Positions 27,707 through 33,973 of a stretch of 33,973 bases of DNA are shown here, piece after piece (positions within the stretch are counted from its first letter, which is position 1; each line of letters begins with the position of its first letter). The position numbers and the translations under genes were made by a program. A model generated the notes under the pieces. The model searched no databases, was not told where the DNA came from, and saw only the letters and a list, made by a program, of their open reading frames with translations. This stretch comes from Myxococcota bacterium. GTDB lineage: Bacteria; Myxococcota_A; UBA9160; UBA4427. Location of the stretch: the NCBI GenBank assembly GCA_036336835.1, contig JAYZFK010000098.1, positions 1 to 33,973 of the forward strand, read 5' to 3'.

Positions 27707-28849
27707 ATGCGAATCGCCTATGTCTGTAGCGATCCGGGAGTTCCGGCCTTCGGCACGAAGGGGGCGTCAAACCACCTACAGGCCATGTTGCGGGCGTTTT
27801 GCAGGCTCGGGCACGACGTCGTCCTGCTGACCAGACGCCCTGGAGGGCCCTCACCGCCAGAGCTCGCATTGGTTCGGGTCGTCGAGCTCGGCAAGCCACC
27901 GCCGTCAGCGCGCGGAGGCGCTGCAGGCGAGCAGTGGCTGCTCGATAGCAACCGCGCGCTCGACAGCCTGCTCTGCGGGCTCGGTGACCTCGACCTCGTC
28001 TACGAGCGCCACTCGCTGTTCGCGTACGCCGCCATGGAGCACGCCCGCACCCGCAACATACCGGGCCTGCTCGAGGTCAACGCCCCGCTCGTCGAGGAGC
28101 AGGAGCGGCACCGCAGCCTGTTCGATCGCTCTGCCGCGGAAGCAGCGGCAGAGCGCGCCTGCAACGCGGCCAGCGCCGTACTCGCCGTGTCGTCGCCTCT
28201 TGCCTGTCGGCTGCGCGCGCAGGTTGCTGAGCCCGGCCGGGTCCACGTGGTTCCCAACGGCGTCGACCTCGCGCGCTTTCGAGCGGTCTCACGAGCGCAG
28301 ACTCGTCCGTTCACCGTAGGATTCGTCGGCTCGCTGCGTCCCTGGCACGGCCTCGAGACGCTGGCAGACGCGTTCGGCCTGCTGCGCGCGCGCTTGCCCG
28401 AGGCAAGGCTTCGCGTCATCGGCGACGGGCCGGGACGCGCGGCGCTCGAACAGCGGCTGGCCGGGCTCGACGCGCTCGACTCCAGCGACTTCAGCGGCGC
28501 GATTCCTCAGGAGGAAGTGCCGGCAGCGCTCGCTGGGCTCGACGTTGCACTGGCGCCCTACCCCGAGCTAGACGACTTCTACTTCTCGCCACTCAAGCTC
28601 TACGAGTACATGGCAGCCGGGTGCGCCGTGGTTGCGAGCGAGATCGGGCAGGTCCGCGACGTGATCGACCACGAGGTCGACGGCATTCTGGTACCCCCCG
28701 GTGACGCCGAGGCGATCGCGCACTGGCTGGCAAGACTGGCTGGCGCACCCGAGTTGCGGGAGCGTCTCGGGGCCAATGCTCGCGCCAAGATGTGCGGGCG
28801 CGACTGGGTCGACGTGGCTCACCGCGTTCTGAGGCTTGCCACACAATGA
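27707..28849 (+). CDS. Glycosyltransferase family 4 (GT-B)
   Basis: MRIAYVCSDPG, LEVNAP, VVPNGVD, GFVGSLRPWHG, IGDGP and FSPLKLYEYMAAG. Confidence 0.93.
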   Translation: MRIAYVCSDPGVPAFGTKGASNHLQAMLRAFCRLGHDVVLLTRRPGGPSPPELALVRVVELGKPPPSARGGAAGEQWLLDSNRALDSLLCGLGDLDLVYERHSLFAYAAMEHARTRNIPGLLEVNAPLVEEQERHRSLFDRSAAEAAAERACNAASAVLAVSSPLACRLRAQVAEPGRVHVVPNGVDLARFRAVSRAQTRPFTVGFVGSLRPWHGLETLADAFGLLRARLPEARLRVIGDGPGRAALEQRLAGLDALDSSDFSGAIPQEEVPAALAGLDVALAPYPELDDFYFSPLKLYEYMAAGCAVVASEIGQVRDVIDHEVDGILVPPGDAEAIAHWLARLAGAPELRERLGANARAKMCGRDWVDVAHRVLRLATQ

Positions 28850-31170
28850 AGACCGATCGTGCTGCGCTGGCACGCCTGGTCGCTCGCGACCCGGCACTGC
28901 CGGGGCTGGCCGTGCTGCTCGACGAAGACCGCCTGCTCGAGGCCGCGGCGACGGCCTTCCCAGACCTGGTACTGCGCTCAGGACGACGCAGCTACACCCG
29001 CTACAAGCACGCCACCAACTGTTTGTGCCTCTACGAGGTCGAGCGCGCGGATGACGTCCGCGAGCTGCTGACGGTCAAGACCTACTCGGCCGACAATGCA
29101 CACAAGCGCGACAAGACAGCGCGAGCGATCGCCGCGGGCTGCCGCCACGCGGCACTCGGCGAACCGGTCCTCGAGTTCACACGTCTGCCGTTCGACCCCA
29201 AGCTGCCAGCGCTCCAGACCCTGTTCGACGACACCACCCGCACGGCCCTGCTGAGCGACGTATTCCCGGACGACCCGACTCGCCACGACGGTCGGGCGCA
29301 GCTTCTCGCCTACAAGCCCGAACGCCGGGCCGTTCTGCGCTTCGTGGATAGTGCGGGCGTCTCGCTGAGCTTGAAGATCCACACCGAGCGACGCCACGAG
29401 GACTCGTCGCGCAAGCTGATCCGCCTGGCCTCGCGCGGGCCGCTGCACTTGCCGGGCCGCATCGCCTCGTCGAGTGGCCACGGCATCGTGGTTGCGGAGT
29501 GGCTCGAGGGCGAGCTGCTGGCAGACGCATTGGTCGCGCCCGAGCTCGACTGCGAGTCGCTGCGCCGCGTCGGCGAGGCCCTAGCCGCGCTGCAGGAGCA
29601 GGACCCGCAACATCTCGCGGTCCTGCGCCCGCGCGAGAGCGCTACCGCGGTCCAGGCAATGGCCGAGGCCCTCGCGATCCTCGATAGCGGGCTCGGTCGC
29701 CGAGCCGCGCCCCTCGCCCAGCGGCTCGCTACGCGGCTGGCCAGCGAGCCCACCGACGCCTTTCCCGTCCACGGCGACTTCTACGCCAAGCAGGTTCTGC
29801 TCGCACCCGATGCGGTGGGCTTCATCGACCTCGACGCCGCTGCCCGTGGCTCGGGATACGAAGACGTGGGCTGCTTCCTGGCCCATCTCGACCGTGACGT
29901 GGTGCGCGGACGCTTCTCGCCCGAGCGCGCGGGCGCGGCCGGCGAGGCACTGCTCGAGGGCCTTGTACAGGCATCGCACGGGCTGGGGCGCAGCGGACCC
30001 GAGTTGCATCACGCGTCTGCGCTATTCGGCCTGCTCGCCGATCCGTTCCGACGCAACGAGAAGGACTGGCTGGCAAGCGCTCACGCCCTGCTCGACCGGG
30101 TCAGCGAGCTCGAAGCGAAGCTCTCGGACCCGCTGACCCCACTGCGCCCCGGGCCGCCGAACGCACCCGGCAGCGAGCTGCCGCCCTCACCGGACCCCGG
30201 AATCCCGACTCTCGCTGCGGCGCTCGACCCGACCGCGGCGGCGCAGGCGATCGAGGACACGGCCCTGCCCTGGGCGCGTGTCGAGGTCCTCGCGGCCGAG
30301 ATCATTCGCCACAAGCCGGGACGCCGCGCACTGATCGACTACCGACTGGCCTTGCACCCGGCACCGACCGCTTCCGACGCGCCGCTCCGTCTGCTGGGCA
30401 AGCTTCGCCGTCGCCGGATCGATTACTACTCCTTCCGGCTCGCGGGCGCGCTGCAGCAGAACGGCTTCGGGCGCGAGGGCCCCGGCGACGTCGTGACGCC
30501 AGAGCCGGTCGGGCTGGTGCTCGACTTGCAGATGTGGCTCCAGCGCTTCGAAGCCGGGCGCGATGTGGGGCCAATGCTGCTCGAAGCGGATGCTCCAGCG
30601 CTGGCGCGACGTATCGCCGCGGCACTCCACCGGGTCCACTCTGCGCCGCTGCCACGCATTCGCAGCCAGACGCTCGCCGATGAGCTCGAGATCCTCGACC
30701 GACAGCTCGCCGGAGCCGCGGAGACGAGCCCAGAGCTCGCGGTCGAGATCAACGCCGCGCACCAGGCGATCCGCACGCTCGCGGCCCGCATCTCGCCGGG
30801 GCCCGTCACCGGCATCCACCGCGACTTCCATCCCCATCAGATCCTGGCGCGCGCAGACACGCTCGTGCTGCTCGACTTCGACCTGTTCAGCGAAGGCGAA
30901 CCGTTGATCGACGCCGGGAATTTCGCCGCACACATCCAGGAGCTGGCACTGCGCGAGCGCGGCGCGATCGACGCGCTCGCCGACGTGCAGGCGGCGTTCG
31001 AAGAGAGGTTCCTCGCCCTCACCAGCAGCGCGCGCCCAAGGGACCTGGCGCGCCACCGCGCCCTCGCGTTCCTACGCCACGTGGCGATCAGTCAGCGAAT
31101 CGAAGACCGCCAGGCACACACCGCCGCGATCCTGGCGGCTGCGCGCGAGCAGATCGAGTCTCTTCGCTAA
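28846..31170 (+). CDS. Tandem two-domain APH/choline-kinase-like phosphotransferase, 774 aa
   Basis: Two catalytic-loop motifs, HGDFYAKQVL...IDLD and HRDFHPHQIL...LDFD, each preceded by YKPERRA or HKPGRRA; ATGA coupling to the GT4. Confidence 0.85.
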   Translation: MKTDRAALARLVARDPALPGLAVLLDEDRLLEAAATAFPDLVLRSGRRSYTRYKHATNCLCLYEVERADDVRELLTVKTYSADNAHKRDKTARAIAAGCRHAALGEPVLEFTRLPFDPKLPALQTLFDDTTRTALLSDVFPDDPTRHDGRAQLLAYKPERRAVLRFVDSAGVSLSLKIHTERRHEDSSRKLIRLASRGPLHLPGRIASSSGHGIVVAEWLEGELLADALVAPELDCESLRRVGEALAALQEQDPQHLAVLRPRESATAVQAMAEALAILDSGLGRRAAPLAQRLATRLASEPTDAFPVHGDFYAKQVLLAPDAVGFIDLDAAARGSGYEDVGCFLAHLDRDVVRGRFSPERAGAAGEALLEGLVQASHGLGRSGPELHHASALFGLLADPFRRNEKDWLASAHALLDRVSELEAKLSDPLTPLRPGPPNAPGSELPPSPDPGIPTLAAALDPTAAAQAIEDTALPWARVEVLAAEIIRHKPGRRALIDYRLALHPAPTASDAPLRLLGKLRRRRIDYYSFRLAGALQQNGFGREGPGDVVTPEPVGLVLDLQMWLQRFEAGRDVGPMLLEADAPALARRIAAALHRVHSAPLPRIRSQTLADELEILDRQLAGAAETSPELAVEINAAHQAIRTLAARISPGPVTGIHRDFHPHQILARADTLVLLDFDLFSEGEPLIDAGNFAAHIQELALRERGAIDALADVQAAFEERFLALTSSARPRDLARHRALAFLRHVAISQRIEDRQAHTAAILAAAREQIESLR

Positions 31171-31319
31171 AAGCTCGTCCCCAATCCGTCGTGTAATACG
31201 CAACTCGGCGAAGCGCACGAGCCGATCCGCAGATGATGAGCAGGCCGATCGCGGCTCGCAAGTAGGTCCGCCGTGGCTGCAAGGCGCGCGACACGCAGCA
31301 GCCCGGCAGGCGCCCTCCC

Positions 31320-31415
31320 AATTGCTTGTTATGTTTTTGAAAATCTTTATTTTTATAATATCTGCATATAAGTTGTTGACATTAAAAGGTGAAATTCTTA
31401 CTTACATTGTGACAT
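31320..31415 (+). promoter_or_regulatory. AT-rich regulatory tract upstream of the PEP-CTERM gene (TTGACA, TATAAT and IHF-like sites)
   Basis: Strikingly AT-rich against a GC-rich background; TTGACA at 31376-31381; minus-strand TGTCAACAACTTA (31369-31381) is one mismatch from WATCAANNNNTTR. Confidence 0.5.
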
Positions 31416-31514
31416 GAACGGAAAATGCCCCGGTGCCCTGCGGCTCCGGCCGCAAGCAGCGTCAGCAACCCGGACACGAGTTTCGAGCAGCCCTCGAACG
31501 CTAAGGATGGAACG

Positions 31515-32333
31515 ATGAAGTTCAGCCTCTTCGATTCAGTAACAACCGTACTCGGTTCGATGATCTTTCTGGCAACGGGACCAGCCCTCGCGATCTCAGT
31601 GGACCCCCTCGGGTCGTCCGGCAGGGTTGAGCTCTGGACTCCTTCCTTCACCATCGGGTCTGGGGGAGAGGTCTTCCAGCTCGAGGCATTCATTAACGCC
31701 GCCGGAGCGGATCTCAACGGTCCGTTCCAAGGCACCTCCGGGCAGATAGGGGTCGACGACCCCTTCGATGGCTACGACATCACGTTCGGATCCGCCCTTT
31801 CCGACGGGGACACCGACATCACGCTCTCGTACGACGTGGTCAAGGTCAGCGGCGCCGCTCAGCAAGTGACCTTCCTCTCGTACCTCGATGCCGAGATCGA
31901 CGTTTTGCTCGGCGGGCTCAGCTACGATGAGCAGGCGACCGTCCATGGCACGCTGGCGCCTGGCCAGGGCTACGAGATCGACGAGCCCGGCTTTTTGTTC
32001 GGGGACATCCTGGACAATCTGTACAGCGGCGTGCTCGATGGAGACAACGCCCTGGAGTCGTTCGGGCCCGAGGACGTGTCGATGGCATTGTCCTTCGACC
32101 TCGGCGTGATGGACATTGGCGACTCGGCGGTTCTCGACATCATGATCTCCGAGGACAACGACCACATCGGTGGCTTCTGGATCACCCAGACCGATTCGGT
32201 CCCGATCACCGACACCGAGATTACATATTCCGGCCAGCTCCGACCGGCGCCGGCCATTCCCGAGCCCAGCAGCGCGCTGGTCTTCGCAGTCGGTGTTCTC
32301 CTGACAACGGGAGCCATTCGTAACCGGCGCTAG
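31515..32333 (+). CDS. PEP-CTERM sorting-domain protein, 272 aa
   Basis: Signal peptide ending PALA; C-terminal IPEPSSALVFAVGVLLTTGAIRNRR; AAGGA RBS. Confidence 0.92.
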   Translation: MKFSLFDSVTTVLGSMIFLATGPALAISVDPLGSSGRVELWTPSFTIGSGGEVFQLEAFINAAGADLNGPFQGTSGQIGVDDPFDGYDITFGSALSDGDTDITLSYDVVKVSGAAQQVTFLSYLDAEIDVLLGGLSYDEQATVHGTLAPGQGYEIDEPGFLFGDILDNLYSGVLDGDNALESFGPEDVSMALSFDLGVMDIGDSAVLDIMISEDNDHIGGFWITQTDSVPITDTEITYSGQLRPAPAIPEPSSALVFAVGVLLTTGAIRNRR

Positions 32334-32357
32334 ACCGGTCCGCAGCTGACTCCGTAA

Positions 32358-32400
32358 CGACACGAGCACGCGTTCCCGCAAGAGAACGCGTGCTTTGTCG
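32358..32400 (+). terminator. Stable hairpin after the PEP-CTERM gene (possible terminator or stabiliser)
   Basis: 11-bp stem AGCACGCGTTC/GAACGCGTGCT (32365-32375/32384-32394) around a GCAA loop; only a short U tract. Confidence 0.5.
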
Positions 32401-32593
32401 CTTCTGGACCAGCTTGGAAACGCAATGTCGTGGATGGACGAACGGTCCGCGCCAACTTGCGAGCATGAAGAAGTCGATCAACCTCAGTTCTCCATCGGTA
32501 CTAGACAGACCCAACGATCTTGAAGACATAACATAATCCCTTCCGGTGTCTCGACTCCGGTTATTACTGCACCAGCATTAAAGTGAGCACACG

Positions 32594-33973
32594 ATGAACC
32601 CGCATAACCCGATTCAGTCTTCGCACGACACTCCGGAAAGCGGCGCCAGCCGGCGCACGCCGTCCCGCCTCACCGTCACCGCCATCTTCGTGGCCGCCTG
32701 GGCGCTGGCCTTCAGCCTCGCCATCTGGGCACTCTCTGGGAGCGCGAGCGCCCAGTCTTCGGCGGTGGGCGACCTCGCCTTCAACGCAGAGGACCTGGAC
32801 TTCATCCTCAAGCAGATCGAGTTCGCCGAGCGGCACGCCGCGGGCGAAGAGCTGCTCGACATCCTGCCGAACGCCAGCATCCCCTGGGGCCTGCGAACGG
32901 TCGATGGATCGTTCAACAACCTGATCCCCGGCCAGACGGCCTTCGGTCAGGCCGACCAGGAGTTCCCGGCGGCCACGGAGCGGGTCTTCTCGGATGCCCA
33001 GAACGGCACGTCCTACAACCAGGGCGACGGGACGACGGTGATGGACTCCACACCGCGCCTGATCAGCCACCTGATCGTCAACCAGTCGGTCGAGAACCCG
33101 GCCGCGGTCTACGCCGCGGATGCGAACGGGGACGCTTCCAACGAGGGCCCGGACATCACGGGCGTCGACCAGCTGATCATCCCCAACTTTGCGCCGGACG
33201 AGGGCCTGTCGGCTCCGTTCAACGCCTTCATGACCTTCTTCGGCCAGTTCTTCGACCACGGTCTCGACCTGGTCAACAAGGGCGGCAACGGCGTGGTCTT
33301 CATGCCTCTCCAGCAGGACGACCCGCTGTACGACGCCGGTCCGGACGGCATCGCGGGCAACGCGGATGACGGCAATACGAACTTCATGCTGATGACCCGG
33401 GCGACGCGCGATGCGGGCCCGGACGGCGTCATCGGCACGGCCGACGACGTCTCCGATCCGATCAACGCCACGACCCCCCACGTCGATCAGCAGCAGACCT
33501 ACGCCTCGCACGCCTCGTCCCAGGTGTTGCTCCGCCACTTCGAGGTGCGGGCCAATCAGCTGCAGGACAGCGGACGCCTGCTCAACGGCTTCGGCAATGA
33601 CGGTCTCCTCGACACCGCAGACGACGGCGGCATGGGCACCTGGGACACCGTCCAGGCCCAGGCCCTGGAGAAGTTCGGCATCGTGCTCGACGACATGGAC
33701 GGCAACAATGTCCCGATGATCGCCGCGGACCCGTACGGGAACTTCCTTCCCGGGCCCGCGCGTGGCTTGCCGCAGCTCGTCACCCCCGGTGGCCTGGTGG
33801 AAGGCAACGTGGCCTCGCCGGTCGACGCCAGCCCGGCCATCCGGGTCAACCAGAGCTTCTTCCTCGACGTGGCCCATACGGCCAACCCGAACGGACTCAG
33901 TCCCGACGCCAACAGCGTGATCAATCCCCGCACCGACAGCCTCAGTGGCCAGACCGTGCGCGGCATCCGCGCG
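32594..33973 (+). CDS. Secreted animal-type heme peroxidase (peroxidase-cyclooxygenase superfamily, MopA-like); 5' part only, runs off the right edge
   Basis: Absent from the ORF track (no stop in window); 460 open codons from ATG 32594. DLDFILKQIEFAERHA, GLRTVDGSFNNL, PDEGLSAPFN, distal-His motif FGQFFDHGLD, TTPHVDQQQTYASH and DPYGNFLPGP. Confidence 0.92.
   Translation, partial: MNPHNPIQSSHDTPESGASRRTPSRLTVTAIFVAAWALAFSLAIWALSGSASAQSSAVGDLAFNAEDLDFILKQIEFAERHAAGEELLDILPNASIPWGLRTVDGSFNNLIPGQTAFGQADQEFPAATERVFSDAQNGTSYNQGDGTTVMDSTPRLISHLIVNQSVENPAAVYAADANGDASNEGPDITGVDQLIIPNFAPDEGLSAPFNAFMTFFGQFFDHGLDLVNKGGNGVVFMPLQQDDPLYDAGPDGIAGNADDGNTNFMLMTRATRDAGPDGVIGTADDVSDPINATTPHVDQQQTYASHASSQVLLRHFEVRANQLQDSGRLLNGFGNDGLLDTADDGGMGTWDTVQAQALEKFGIVLDDMDGNNVPMIAADPYGNFLPGPARGLPQLVTPGGLVEGNVASPVDASPAIRVNQSFFLDVAHTANPNGLSPDANSVINPRTDSLSGQTVRGIRA

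Noticed and set aside
31416..31514. c-di-GMP riboswitch or sigma54 promoter ahead of the PEP-CTERM gene
   Set aside because: No GGCAAA/GNRA-receptor architecture and no convincing GG-N10-GC site found.
32465..32536. 23-codon ORF MKKSINLSSPSVLDRPNDLEDIT upstream of the peroxidase
   Set aside because: No SD, atypical codon usage and no leader-peptide features.
32564..33877. 437-aa minus-strand ORF
   Set aside because: In-phase antisense shadow of the heme peroxidase gene.
1..33973. CRISPR arrays, tRNA/rRNA genes, IS elements, integrases
   Set aside because: No spaced direct repeats, tRNA cloverleaf or transposase/integrase motifs seen by eye.

Overview
High-GC bacterial chromosomal window with no rRNA, tRNA, CRISPR array or transposase visible. 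The gene content and PEP-CTERM style suggest a marine Myxococcota/deltaproteobacterial-type organism (inference only). From left to right: (1) a minus-strand operon of a small membrane protein, dGTPase, CutA and three unknown proteins, the last one missed by the ORF track, preceded by a sigma70 promoter and a structured U-tailed leader RNA; (2) housekeeping enzymes (class V aminotransferase, dienelactone hydrolase, MiaE, two aldo-keto reductases, GST), several apparently leaderless; (3) an OmpR/CusRS-like two-component pair; (4) TetR plus a CYP142-like P450, divergent from an amidohydrolase-cupin-SDR operon, with a tandem operator over the promoter; (5) a CBS protein; (6) a complete nqrABCDEF-apbE-nqrM operon; (7) a cell-surface block with back-to-back sigma54 promoters, a secreted lamin-tail-like protein, a GT4, a tandem APH-like kinase, a PEP-CTERM protein and the 5' part of a signal-peptide-bearing MopA-like heme peroxidase, also missed by the ORF track. 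All family calls come from reading motifs by eye; no database search was run.
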